Origin: Candidatus Doudnabacteria bacterium
Lineage (GTDB): Bacteria > Patescibacteriota > Doudnabacteria > UBA920 > O2-02-FULL-48-8
Length of the DNA: 64,000 bases
Reading direction: 5' to 3'
Assembly: GCA_039931165.1 (NCBI GenBank)
Contig: JBDTSL010000001.1
Span: 2,214-66,213, forward strand
Shown here: positions 19,506 to 29,465 of the stretch, in pieces
Position numbering within the stretch: position 1 is the stretch's first letter
Layout: every line of letters begins with the position of its first letter
Made by a program: the position numbers and the translations under genes
Notes under the pieces: generated by a model
The model's input: the letters and a program-made list of their open reading frames with translations, nothing else
Database searches by the model: none
What the model was told of the DNA's origin: nothing

Positions 19506-21119
19506 CTAGCTCCACCAATTCCAAATAATATTGATAGGCCGGCCGATCTTATTGCCCGTCGTTCTCGCCAGCTGAACCAAATTATGAGTTTGATCCAAAC
19601 CTAATGTCCAACCGATCCCAAGGTATGCAACGGACCCGATAAGTCCGGCTGATACTCCTTGAATTAAAACTCCCCAGTAAGTGTGCATATTGACCAGGGG
19701 GGCTATGAAATATAATGAAACGTAAGCCGTAGCGCCGCCTATCAAAGCCGCGATAATTATCTTCAAACAATTTAGAATCAGGTATTCATCCTGAATATCT
19801 CCCAATTTACGATGCAGAACTACTAATAAAAGAATGAGATTAAGGATATTGGTTGCTGAATACGCCAGAGCCATGCCGGCAATTCCGAATCTGCCGGTCA
19901 GATAATAAGTGATCAGAACATTCGAAGCAATGGTGATAAATCCGATGACTACGGGAATGATCGTATTCTGAATGGCAAAAAAAGCTCTTGTAAACAGTGG
20001 GATCAGCGCTTGGGCGAACAATGAAATGCAAAACAGACCCAGGGATTCGGCCACTATTTTAACATTGTCAAAAGTAAAATGCGTGCCCTGCCCGATGCCC
20101 AACACCAGCCTCACCACTTGAGCTCGCAGAACCAGCAGCAAAATCGACAGCGGGATAATAAAAAACAGGATCTGGATCGTGGTTTTGGCCAGTACGTCTT
20201 TAAACCCCTGCTGGTCTTTTTTGTTGAACAGATCCGACAGCAAAGGGAAGACGACGATGGCGAAAGATACCGCGAATATTCCGAGGAACACGGATTGCAG
20301 ATTATTGGCGTAATAAAAAGCGGCCAGAGCGCCGGTGCCCAGGAACGACCCGAACACGCTGACGATCAGCGATGTGACCTGTTCCGTGCCCATGGAAAAA
20401 ATCCTGGGCCAATACAGCTTCCAAAATTTCCTGAAACCCGAATCCGCGCTGACAATTTTAAACGAATAACGGAATCCCAGAGAAATAATCTGCGGAACCT
20501 GGATCGCAAAATGCAAAAACGCACCAAGCACAACTCCGATCGCCAGCCCGGCAGGACCGAAGCGCGGATAAAGCCAAAGTACTCCCGCGATGATCGACAA
20601 GTTGTATACCACGGGCGCCACCGCCACCAGCGCAAACCTTTTATAAGTATTAAGCATGCTGGAGACGATCGACGACAGTGTCAGGAAAATGGGCGAAAGC
20701 AGAAAAATTTTGGTGAACAGTTTGGTCAGGTCAAAAGCCTCCCCGCTGAATCCGGGAGCAATCGCGTGAACCAGCGGATTTATGAATATATACGCGATAA
20801 CGGTCAGCGTCAGCATAAGGATCAGGGTGACATTGATAATGCTGGAGGCCAGGCGATTGGCGTCTTTTTCGTCCCGGATCAGGTATTCGGAAAACACGGG
20901 AATAAACGCGACCGAAAAAGTTCCGAGGATCAATAAGTTATAAATAAAATCCGGAATGCGAAACGCGGCAAAGTAGGCGTCAATAGTCAGTCCGGCCCCG
21001 AATTGATGGGAGAAAACCGCATCGCGGACCAGGCCAAGGATCTTGGCCAACAATGAAAAGACCGCGATGGTCACTGTTGCTTTTCCTATTTTATTGTCGG
21101 ACAAAGATTTTACATTCAT
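19506..21119 (-). CDS. murJ: Lipid II flippase
   Basis: LGLVRD, DAYFAAFRIPDFI, AFIPVF; multi-TM MviN pattern. Confidence 0.93.
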   Translation of the reverse strand: MNVKSLSDNKIGKATVTIAVFSLLAKILGLVRDAVFSHQFGAGLTIDAYFAAFRIPDFIYNLLILGTFSVAFIPVFSEYLIRDEKDANRLASSIINVTLILMLTLTVIAYIFINPLVHAIAPGFSGEAFDLTKLFTKIFLLSPIFLTLSSIVSSMLNTYKRFALVAVAPVVYNLSIIAGVLWLYPRFGPAGLAIGVVLGAFLHFAIQVPQIISLGFRYSFKIVSADSGFRKFWKLYWPRIFSMGTEQVTSLIVSVFGSFLGTGALAAFYYANNLQSVFLGIFAVSFAIVVFPLLSDLFNKKDQQGFKDVLAKTTIQILFFIIPLSILLLVLRAQVVRLVLGIGQGTHFTFDNVKIVAESLGLFCISLFAQALIPLFTRAFFAIQNTIIPVVIGFITIASNVLITYYLTGRFGIAGMALAYSATNILNLILLLVVLHRKLGDIQDEYLILNCLKIIIAALIGGATAYVSLYFIAPLVNMHTYWGVLIQGVSAGLIGSVAYLGIGWTLGLDQTHNLVQLARTTGNKIGRPINIIWNWWS

Positions 21120-21122
21120 AAT

Positions 21123-23192
21123 TTACTTGGCAATCACCATTGGCCAAAAATCATCGGTATTGGTTTCTGATTGAAAGCCAACACCGCCAATAGTTTCCAC
21201 AACTCCCGGCCCTTGCCATTTGAGTTTGAACTGCCCAAGACTCAAGCTACCGGCAAAATGATAAGGCTTGGATCCCGATTGTTTCTGAACCAACAGGCTA
21301 TACGACTGGGTGTTGCCGAAAGCGCTCGATTTGATCTTGAACGGCAGAATATAGGAAATGGTTACGCTTTTGCTTTGTCCGACGTCGGTATTAAGCCAGC
21401 CCGCGAACTCGGTTTTGCCTGCTTCGATCCGCGCAAAGACATTTGAATTCAGCTCTCCAATATCCCAGTTAGCCAGGTCCTTATCCGTGCGCATGCCTTC
21501 TGCGGCTGAATCTAAATATTGATAATCATCAAACCCTGAAGCCGAAATAAATTGGCTGCCCAGCGGCACCAGAACGCGAAGATAATTTTTATTGTCAGCT
21601 TCGGCGGAATTTTTTCGGATAATGGTCAGGGTGTTTATGACAGAGCCGTCCGATAAAACCTTGCTCAGTAAGTTGGCATCCTGATCAATGCTCAGGTCGG
21701 TTTTAGTGCCGCCCAGATTGGAATTGTTGATGGACAAATAATCATAATCCGCGGGCAAGATCTGACCGGCAAAACCCAAATCCGCAATTCGGACTTGCGT
21801 GTCGTGATCTTTGCTGTAGAGCAGAATGCTTCTCTGTCGCAGATTGTCCTCGAAAATCTGGAACAGTTCGAACCATTGGTTCTTATTCATCGCGGACAGG
21901 CGGTCCAGAAGCTCGGGCGTAAAATCAGCCAGGAATTTTTTCGGCTGGTTTAAAGTTTTGTCATAGTCTATTGAAGTTTTAAACTGCGTTTCCTGCTGGA
22001 AATTTTCCGGGGTCAAAGTCACGCCGTATTGGTCCATTTCTACAGGCCCGGTCAAGCGCAGGATATCTTCAAACAGCTTCGGAGTGACGGAGATCACTCC
22101 GTCCGCGGTCTGGCTGCCCTTTTCAAAAAAATACAAAAGCTTTTGGGCCGTGGTCGGGAAATCCGCGAACCAATTCGCATCACGGATAGCCCAGCGCTTA
22201 ATTTCAGGCTGCATTGGCCCCGGGGCCGCTATCTGCTCGTAGATCTGCCCGTCAAGCTGGTATATGCTTTCAATTTTCAGCTTAGATATCGATCCTTGAT
22301 TGGTTTGTAAAACCCCATATGTTCCGATAAAGCCGCCGGTAGCTCGGGCTTCGTCGGAATTCTGGAAGATCAACAGATAGGTTTTTTGTCCGCTGAAAAG
22401 TCCGAGATATAAATTCTCCAGGCCCACCAGCTTGTCTAAGATCGAACCAAGTCCCGCGACTTCCTGTTTGGCCTTATCCAAAGTTTGTGAATAATCAAGA
22501 GGCAGGCTACCCGCAAGATTGAATTCTATCGAAGCCTCGGCAATCAAGCTGCGGCTGGAAGCCAGCAGTCCGCGGTTGGCTGTAAGCCTTTCGTTAAAAT
22601 TCTCGGTTTGCACTCCTAGACTTGACACTTTCAGCTCATCGAACAAGTTCAGCGCCGCGGTCAATTGTTTTCCGGCCTCTGCCAGGGCTGCGGCACCCGA
22701 AAGCATATGATCGGCGGAATTTGCCTGAGGGGCAATCCATTTGAGAACCGGAAAACTATTAAGTTTGCTTTGCGCAAGATTGATATTGGACGTGGCCGCG
22801 TCGAACAACTGGCCGGCAGCCGCAAAATTTTGCGAACCGATATTTTCTTGCGCCGTATGCAGGTCGGTATATGCCGAGGTCGCGTCTCCTAATATTTCGC
22901 CGGTTGCGTTGCGGACGGCAGACAAATAAATCATCCCTTGAAGCAACACGATCAAAATAATGCCGGTAAGCGCGAACGAGCCGATTTGGACCAAATGCCT
23001 GCGGTAATCGCGGAGTTGGGGTTTAAAAGATAAAAGCTGCGGAACTTCCGCAAAGTTCTGTCTGCTTCTGATAACCGCGTACATCAGCTCGGAGCTCATG
23101 ACCTCGCGCTTGATGACATTTTTGATCTTTAAGGGCTTGGCCTTCCGCCTGGCTGATCCGATGTCAATTTTAGAAAATCTTTTTGAGTTCAT
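21123..23192 (-). CDS. DUF4012 domain protein
   Basis: YLLIFQNSDEARATGGFIGTYG, RDANWFADFPT, YLRVLVPLGS, QKQSG. Confidence 0.85.
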   Translation of the reverse strand: MNSKRFSKIDIGSARRKAKPLKIKNVIKREVMSSELMYAVIRSRQNFAEVPQLLSFKPQLRDYRRHLVQIGSFALTGIILIVLLQGMIYLSAVRNATGEILGDATSAYTDLHTAQENIGSQNFAAAGQLFDAATSNINLAQSKLNSFPVLKWIAPQANSADHMLSGAAALAEAGKQLTAALNLFDELKVSSLGVQTENFNERLTANRGLLASSRSLIAEASIEFNLAGSLPLDYSQTLDKAKQEVAGLGSILDKLVGLENLYLGLFSGQKTYLLIFQNSDEARATGGFIGTYGVLQTNQGSISKLKIESIYQLDGQIYEQIAAPGPMQPEIKRWAIRDANWFADFPTTAQKLLYFFEKGSQTADGVISVTPKLFEDILRLTGPVEMDQYGVTLTPENFQQETQFKTSIDYDKTLNQPKKFLADFTPELLDRLSAMNKNQWFELFQIFEDNLRQRSILLYSKDHDTQVRIADLGFAGQILPADYDYLSINNSNLGGTKTDLSIDQDANLLSKVLSDGSVINTLTIIRKNSAEADNKNYLRVLVPLGSQFISASGFDDYQYLDSAAEGMRTDKDLANWDIGELNSNVFARIEAGKTEFAGWLNTDVGQSKSVTISYILPFKIKSSAFGNTQSYSLLVQKQSGSKPYHFAGSLSLGQFKLKWQGPGVVETIGGVGFQSETNTDDFWPMVIAK

Positions 23193-23195
23193 GTG

Positions 23196-24311
23196 TTAAT
23201 TTGCCTCCAAATTCGTGAATCGGGAGATGTTCAGCAAGATCCCTACGGCTGCCAGACTTATCAGCAGAGATGATGAACCGTTGGAAATAAAGGTCAAAGG
23301 AATGCCGGTCAAAGGAATCAACCCGGCTATCCCGCCGATATTGATCAGAGCCTGAAGTATCAGCCAGCTTACTATTCCCGCGGCCGTAAGTTTGCCGAAC
23401 ACATCCGGAGCTTCCCGCGCAACTTTAAATCCCCGATACGCCAAAAACAAGAACAGCAGCAAGATCGCGGAAATTCTTAGAAACCCCAGTTCCTCGGCCA
23501 TGATCGCGAAGATCGAATCACCGATCGGCTCAGGCAGATAGCTGTATTTCTGAAGCGATTGGCCAAATCCCAGGCCCCAGAGCCCGCCGGACCCTATGCC
23601 GATCACAGCCTGATTAACCTGGTAGGCTATTCCCTGAGAATCCGCGGTCGGGTCCATAAAAGCCAAAAATCTATGAGCCCGGTAAGGCTCGGCTTTGACC
23701 AGGATCCATAAGACCAATAATGCTACTGCCGCGGTCGCATAAATATACTTCATCCGCACTCCGCCGATAAAAAACATTACCGCGGCGATGGAGGCCAGAA
23801 CCAGCATTGTGCCGATATCAGGCTCGAGGATGATCAAGCCGGCAACCAGACCTACGATAGCCAGGCTCGGCAGAAACCCGTAATACAAATTATCCGAGTG
23901 CTGCTGCCTTTTGTCGAACCAGCTGGCCAGATACAATATTACCGCCAGCTTCACAAACTCCGTCGGCTGGAATTGAAAAGAGCCCAAATTGATCCAGCGT
24001 CTGGCTCCGCCGATTTTTAATCCGATGCCTGGTATCAAGACCACAACCAGCAGGGCAATGCCGCCCAGGATCAGCAAAGGGGCGAATTTTTGCCATTTAT
24101 GATAATCAATCCTTGAAAAAAAATACATCAAGATCAGGCCGGGCACGGCGCCCAACAGAAGCTGTCTTGAAAAATAATAATAATTATTGTGAAAATTTTG
24201 GAAAGAAAGAACGGTCGAAGCAGAGGACAAAATCAAAAGACCCATGGCCAGCAGGATCAGCACCGGCCATAAAATATATGGATCGACTTTCGGCAAGGTT
24301 TGTTTTTTCAT
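23196..24311 (-). CDS. ftsW: SEDS family peptidoglycan polymerase FtsW
   Basis: GARRWI, FQPTEFVKL, EPDIGT, YLPEPIGDSIFA, PLTGIPLTFISNGSSS; follows murD. Confidence 0.92.
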   Translation of the reverse strand: MKKQTLPKVDPYILWPVLILLAMGLLILSSASTVLSFQNFHNNYYYFSRQLLLGAVPGLILMYFFSRIDYHKWQKFAPLLILGGIALLVVVLIPGIGLKIGGARRWINLGSFQFQPTEFVKLAVILYLASWFDKRQQHSDNLYYGFLPSLAIVGLVAGLIILEPDIGTMLVLASIAAVMFFIGGVRMKYIYATAAVALLVLWILVKAEPYRAHRFLAFMDPTADSQGIAYQVNQAVIGIGSGGLWGLGFGQSLQKYSYLPEPIGDSIFAIMAEELGFLRISAILLLFLFLAYRGFKVAREAPDVFGKLTAAGIVSWLILQALINIGGIAGLIPLTGIPLTFISNGSSSLLISLAAVGILLNISRFTNLEAN

Positions 24312-24321
24312 GCGATTGTTC

Positions 24322-25548
24322 TCATAAAGAATTTACCGCGTTCACAAACTGCTCTCCCCTGTCGGACTCGTTTTTAAACATATCAAAGCTTGAGGTTCCT
24401 GGTGAAAATAAAATCGTATCACCGGCCGATGCCAAAGATCTGGCTTGTCCGATAATTGTTTTCATATTTTCAGCTCCTGTCAGTATTTTTCCGGTGAATC
24501 CGTTGGCCGCTTCCAAAACTTTATTCGAGACCTCTCCGATCACGACCAGACCTTTGACGTTCGGGGCGGATTTAATTTTTTGGCCTACGGCCGAAAAATT
24601 CAGTCCTTTATCGAACCCGCCGATGATCAAGATCAAAGGTGATTTTATGGCTTCAATCGCGGCGATCACAGGGTCAATGTTCGTGCTGAACGCATCGTCA
24701 ATAAAACTGATGCCCGCTATTTCCCTGATCTTATTCAGCCTGTGCGGCAAGGGTTCAAACTCCGCAATGGCTTTGCGGATATCCGGCTCGCCGATCGCTA
24801 AAATTTGGGCAGCCGCGGCCGCGGCCGCGATATTCTCAAGATTATGGGTTCCCAATAACTTGGTCTCATATCTCCTGGCATCCTTCGGGTCAAAAAAAAT
24901 TTTCTTCCCTTTACCGAGATCCTTAAACCATCCTTCAATATCCGGGTGCAATACGGCAAAATCATTTTCACCCTGATAAGCCACAATTGAAGACTTGGCT
25001 TTCACGTATTCTTCCACAGACAAGTGGTGGTTCAAATGATCAGCCGTAATATTCAAAACTATGCCTATGTGCGGACTCTGATCCAGATCCTGCAGTTGAA
25101 AACTTGATAATTCCAATACCACAAAATCTTCAGGCTTGATCGATTCCAGAAATTCAAACGGATCGCGGCCCATATTCCCGCCAAGCCAAGTTTTCTTCCC
25201 TGAAGTCTGTAAAATTTTTGCCAGCAAACTGCTGGTAGTGCCTTTGCCTTTCGTTCCTGTAACCCCGATTATGGGTGCCGGGCAGAGCTTAAAAAACAGT
25301 TTGGTCTGGCTCGAAACCTCAACTCCTTTTTCCGACGCTTGCCGCACTGCCTTGGACAAAAACGGCAGCCCGGGAGTGCGGAAAATAATTTCATATTTAT
25401 CCAGCCGGCCGACCAGCTCAGCAGGATCTTTCCAGTTTTCGATGACGTCAAAGCTAAGTCCGTGGCCCGTCAGATATTCCGCCAGTTTTTTATTGTTCGT
25501 GCCCATGCCGACAACCGCAATTTTCTTGCCCTTCAAATTAGAAAGCAT
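24322..25548 (-). CDS. murD: UDP-MurNAc-L-Ala--D-Glu ligase
   Basis: GVTGTKGKGTT, VLELSSFQL, DHLNHH, LPHRL, SPGTSSFDMF. Confidence 0.93.
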   Translation of the reverse strand: MLSNLKGKKIAVVGMGTNNKKLAEYLTGHGLSFDVIENWKDPAELVGRLDKYEIIFRTPGLPFLSKAVRQASEKGVEVSSQTKLFFKLCPAPIIGVTGTKGKGTTSSLLAKILQTSGKKTWLGGNMGRDPFEFLESIKPEDFVVLELSSFQLQDLDQSPHIGIVLNITADHLNHHLSVEEYVKAKSSIVAYQGENDFAVLHPDIEGWFKDLGKGKKIFFDPKDARRYETKLLGTHNLENIAAAAAAAQILAIGEPDIRKAIAEFEPLPHRLNKIREIAGISFIDDAFSTNIDPVIAAIEAIKSPLILIIGGFDKGLNFSAVGQKIKSAPNVKGLVVIGEVSNKVLEAANGFTGKILTGAENMKTIIGQARSLASAGDTILFSPGTSSFDMFKNESDRGEQFVNAVNSL

Positions 25549-25567
25549 AATTTTTTTAAAGCACCTG

Positions 25568-25625
25568 CCCGGTAGTGAAATTCGATTTTAATACTGCCGA
25601 GCAGTATCGAATTTCTACTACCGGG
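25568..25625. repeat. Long intergenic hairpin
   Basis: CCCGGTAGT-GAAATTCGAT...ATCGAATTTC-TACTACCGGG with inner ATACTGC/GCAGTAT. Confidence 0.7.
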
Positions 25626-27182
25626 TTATCGTTTAACAACCGTTCCGTTGGTGCTCAGCACCTGATTGCCGGAAAAGCTTAGTTTGCCGTTGATCAGCAC
25701 CGTATCGATGCCTTCCGAGAACAGATCCGAGTTGGTATAGTCGGCCTTGTCGGAAATGGTCTGCGGGTCGAAGATCGCCACATCGCCCACGCTGTTTTCG
25801 GCAATTGTCCCCCGATCCTTGAGACCCAGTAAGTTTGCCGGCTCATATGTCAGCTTTTTTATAGCCTGCTCCCACTTCAGCAGTTTCTTTTCGCGGACCA
25901 TTTTCAAAAACCGGGGCATGGTGCCGAAACACCTCGGATGAACCAACCCCGCGGATCTTCGATTAAAGCCGGCGCCATCGGTGGCGATCATGGAAAGCGG
26001 CGATGAGCAGAACAATTCGACCTGCTCGGAAGATAAATTGTGGTCAAAGACGATGACCTGGGCGTTGGTGGCGGTGATCACATTCAGGATGGCTTCTTCC
26101 ACGGAAACAGCCTGGTTTTCGGCGATCTGGCCCAAAGTTCTTCCCACAAAATTGCTGTTGCTTGATGCCTCGGCCACTATGATGCTTTTAAAATCATGAC
26201 TCTGATCCCGCAGGTAATCCAAAATTTTCCGCCTCGAAAGAGGATCGGAAACCATTTTCAGGATCTGGGCTCTCCCCCCTTCATAAGCCCACTTCGGCAG
26301 ATACGTATAAAGCACTGACCACGATGTATCGTAAGGGTAGACGTCAAAACTGATCCGCAGTCCTTGGTGGTATGCCACTTCGAGTTTGTTCATCACCCGG
26401 TCAAACTGCGGCCAGTTCTTTTTGCCGCGGATCTTAAGATGAGAGATCTTTATCGGAATTTGACTGGAAGAGGCAAGATCGATCACTTCATCCAATGCTC
26501 CCAAGATATGGCTTGCTTCCGAACGCAAATGCACGCTTAAATATTTATTGTCAGGCTTGAGGTTGCTCACTACCTCCTGCAGTTCGGCGACGGATGAATT
26601 TACCTCGTGAGCATAGATCAAACCCATGGACAAGCCGAAAGCGCCGGCGGCTAAAGCATCGAGCAAAGTTTTGTCCATGATCTTGTTTTCGTCTTTCGTC
26701 AGTTCCCGGACCTTATCGCCGATCAATCCGCGCCGAAGAGTGGCATGTCCCACCAGCGTTCCGACATTCACGCCCAGCGGCATAGTGCCGAGCATCCGCA
26801 AAAATTCCTCCATGGTGGTCCAGTTCAAATTAATGCCCGATAAATTGTGCCACTTCTGGATAGTTTTTATGGACTCCGGGTTTAAGAGCGGCGCAAGCGA
26901 AGCGCCGCAGTTGCCGACAATGATAGTAGTGATCCCCTGAGACAAAAGGCTGGCCTGTTCCGGCTGGTCGAATAGCGTCCAGTAGGAATCTGAATGGTTT
27001 TGGATATCAATAAAACCCGGTGTCACAAATCGGCCCGTCGCGTCAATGGTTTGGAGGGCTTTAGCGGAAATTTCCGGGGCAAGACCCGCTATCTTTCCTT
27101 TTTCGACCGCGACATCCAGCTTTTTCCCAGGGCTACCCGTGCCGTCGATAACCGTGCCGTTTTTTATAAGAATATCGTACAT
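25626..27182 (-). CDS. N-acyl-D-amino-acid deacylase family amidohydrolase
   Basis: YDILIKNGTVIDGTG, PGFID, GNCG, HLRSE, ISHLK, DVYPY, HPRCFGT. Confidence 0.85.
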   Translation of the reverse strand: MYDILIKNGTVIDGTGSPGKKLDVAVEKGKIAGLAPEISAKALQTIDATGRFVTPGFIDIQNHSDSYWTLFDQPEQASLLSQGITTIIVGNCGASLAPLLNPESIKTIQKWHNLSGINLNWTTMEEFLRMLGTMPLGVNVGTLVGHATLRRGLIGDKVRELTKDENKIMDKTLLDALAAGAFGLSMGLIYAHEVNSSVAELQEVVSNLKPDNKYLSVHLRSEASHILGALDEVIDLASSSQIPIKISHLKIRGKKNWPQFDRVMNKLEVAYHQGLRISFDVYPYDTSWSVLYTYLPKWAYEGGRAQILKMVSDPLSRRKILDYLRDQSHDFKSIIVAEASSNSNFVGRTLGQIAENQAVSVEEAILNVITATNAQVIVFDHNLSSEQVELFCSSPLSMIATDGAGFNRRSAGLVHPRCFGTMPRFLKMVREKKLLKWEQAIKKLTYEPANLLGLKDRGTIAENSVGDVAIFDPQTISDKADYTNSDLFSEGIDTVLINGKLSFSGNQVLSTNGTVVKR

Positions 27183-27249
27183 AAGATCGTGCAGGTGTAA
27201 CGTATAGCCTGTAACGTTACAAGTTACAAGTTACGCGTTACACGATTAA

Positions 27250-28296
27250 TTAGCGTCCTATCAAGTTTACTGCTACTCCTATAACCGCCCCAACTGCGGC
27301 AATAACCCAAAACCTCATGGTTACTTTTGTTTCCGGCCAGCCTTGGGCTTCGAAATGGTGATGCAAAGGAGACGATAAAAATATCTTCCGGCCGCGCAAT
27401 TTTTTTGACAATAACTGGAGAATTGTCGAGCCGGATTCGAGCACCAGCACCAGCCCGATCAGCGGCAATACCGCCACTGAATTGGTCAAAAAAGCAATTA
27501 CAGCCAGCACCGTACCCAAAGACATGGAACCTGTATCACCCATAAAAAACCTGGCTGGATAAATGTTAAACCAAAGAAAGGCCAATAAGCTGCCGGACAA
27601 TACCGATGATAGCGCGGCCAATTCAAACCGGCCTTGCATAAAAGCAATCAAGCCGTAAGCCAAAAACGCAATCGCCAAAACCCCGCCGGCCAAGCCATCC
27701 AAACCATCGGTCTGATTGACGGAAAAACTGGTCGCGATCACGACAAATATAAACAGCGGGATATACCACAATCCAATATTTAAATTGCCGAATCCCGGCA
27801 CATACAAAAGATCAAACTGCAACTTATAATAAAACCAATATGCTCCGACTACTGCCACTAAAGTATATAAAAGCAATTTATGCCGCACACGCAGGCCGCC
27901 TCCTTTGCCGCCGCCGCTGCCTTTGACGCCAAAATAGTCGTCAAACAAACCGAGCACCGCGCTTGCTCCCAGCGCTCCTAATGGCAATAAGGTTTGCTGT
28001 CTGGTCAAAAAATTAAGCCTGTGAAAAAACTCTATGTGCGCTGCCCTGTCCAAAAACCAAAAAATTATCGCTAACGCAAGAGTAGTGAACCAGATCAAAA
28101 CCCCGCCCATGGTCGGGGTGCCAGCCTTTTTTTCGTGCAGTTTACTGTAAATCGGCGTGTCGCCTTCGGCGCGGATCTTTTTGCCGAAATTGTGCTTGAA
28201 CACAAAATTGGTAAAAATCGGGGTCAAAGCCATGGCAATGGCGAAAGAAATCGTACCCAAACTGAAAATTTTAATTACAGCTTGAGAAATGTTCAT
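27250..28296 (-). CDS. mraY: Phospho-MurNAc-pentapeptide transferase
   Basis: KKAGTPTMGG, DD, NQTDGLDGLA, FMGDTGS, PLHHHFE. Confidence 0.96.
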   Translation of the reverse strand: MNISQAVIKIFSLGTISFAIAMALTPIFTNFVFKHNFGKKIRAEGDTPIYSKLHEKKAGTPTMGGVLIWFTTLALAIIFWFLDRAAHIEFFHRLNFLTRQQTLLPLGALGASAVLGLFDDYFGVKGSGGGKGGGLRVRHKLLLYTLVAVVGAYWFYYKLQFDLLYVPGFGNLNIGLWYIPLFIFVVIATSFSVNQTDGLDGLAGGVLAIAFLAYGLIAFMQGRFELAALSSVLSGSLLAFLWFNIYPARFFMGDTGSMSLGTVLAVIAFLTNSVAVLPLIGLVLVLESGSTILQLLSKKLRGRKIFLSSPLHHHFEAQGWPETKVTMRFWVIAAVGAVIGVAVNLIGR

Positions 28297-28340
28297 TTTA
28301 TGTATGTTTCAGGCTTCATATTGTATGCTCCATAGTTAAA

Positions 28341-28391
28341 ATTATACCACAAACAGCCTCTATTGACAAAGTAAGTAAAACAAAGTAAAAT
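28341..28391. promoter_or_regulatory. Overlapping divergent sigma70 promoters
   Basis: Plus: TTGACA(28363)-17-TAAAAT(28386); minus: TTGTCA-17-TATAAT with TG extension, toward mraY. Confidence 0.75.
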
Positions 28392-28397
28392 AGCTTG

Positions 28398-28540
28398 TTG
28401 GTAAAACTCCCCCACACAGGAGTCTACCCACACCTGGCTGGTTGGAAAAGTTGTATGCCGTCCAAAATATGGACGAATCTGCAATTATCCGATCAGTCAG
28501 GCTCTCTCAAAGAAAAAAACCCTACAAAGGGTTTTTATTT
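28398..28540 (+). ncRNA. Candidate structured small RNA of unknown family
   Basis: Consensus promoter, two hairpins (28400-28428; 28433-28501), terminator 28515-28536, no credible ORF. Confidence 0.55.
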
Positions 28541-28553
28541 TTTCGTAAATTAC

Positions 28554-29465
28554 CTACCACTTATACACCGCAAACACCCAGTCCAATAGATCTTGAGTAT
28601 CGGTTTCCCGGTTGTCACTGCCCAGCACTATTGTGACAATCTCGTGGCCTGAGTGATTTACAAGAACGATCAGATTACCCAGTGCCTTCGAGGTAAATCC
28701 GGTTTTAATGCCTGCGACTTGCGGATCATCCAGCAGTAGTTTGTTCGTAGAGTGAAGCTCGTGCGAATATTTACCGTCAGAAGAAGTGATCGAAGTTACC
28801 CTGGTGGCCACGATCTTCCGCAGGAAATCATACTTCAGAAATTCCTGGACGATTTTTATCAGATCCAGACTATTGGAATAATTTTCCTGCTTATCATACC
28901 TGTCCCAGCCGACGGGGTTGGAAAAATGCGTATTTGCCAGATTCAGGTTGGCCGCTTGCTGATTCATCATGGCAGCAAATTTTTCGGGCGAACCTGCCAC
29001 GAAATCCGCCAGAGCCAGCGCCGCATCGTTGCCCGAAGGAATGAGCATGGCCTTCAGCAGATCGGAGACTTTGATTTTCTCTCCCACCACCAAACCGATG
29101 GTACTGCCAATAGGGGTTTGATCTTCTTTCTGAACAGTGACCTCAGATCTTAAATCCACACTGCTGACCACGGTCAGAGCTGTCATGAGCTTGGTCAGGC
29201 TGGCAATCGGCAATTTTTCATCCAGATTGTTTGAATACAGAATAGCGCCTGAACTTAGGTCATAAGCAAGCGCGGCTTTCGCGGTCAGATCCGGAACGCT
29301 CCGGTTTACGGCCATTTCAGGTGCCGCCGTTATGTCGGCGGCAATTGAGGATACAGTTGAATTACCGGCAACAACAGGAGTTCTGGCCGAATCACGCGCC
29401 AGATGAGGAAAAAAAGCCACAGCCAGAGCTATCCCTAAAAGCGTATAAATGATTTTGTTCAGCAT
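28554..29465 (-). CDS. D-alanyl-D-alanine carboxypeptidase (peptidase S11)
   Basis: PIASLTK (SxxK), SGNDAA (SxN), IKTGFT (KTG). Confidence 0.92.
   Translation of the reverse strand: MLNKIIYTLLGIALAVAFFPHLARDSARTPVVAGNSTVSSIAADITAAPEMAVNRSVPDLTAKAALAYDLSSGAILYSNNLDEKLPIASLTKLMTALTVVSSVDLRSEVTVQKEDQTPIGSTIGLVVGEKIKVSDLLKAMLIPSGNDAALALADFVAGSPEKFAAMMNQQAANLNLANTHFSNPVGWDRYDKQENYSNSLDLIKIVQEFLKYDFLRKIVATRVTSITSSDGKYSHELHSTNKLLLDDPQVAGIKTGFTSKALGNLIVLVNHSGHEIVTIVLGSDNRETDTQDLLDWVFAVYKW

Noticed and set aside
20079-20936. Long antisense ORFs (also 24113-24976, 45676-46386, 55241-56029)
   Set aside because: Shadows of murJ, murD, dnaB and the GT-C gene with no recognisable motifs.
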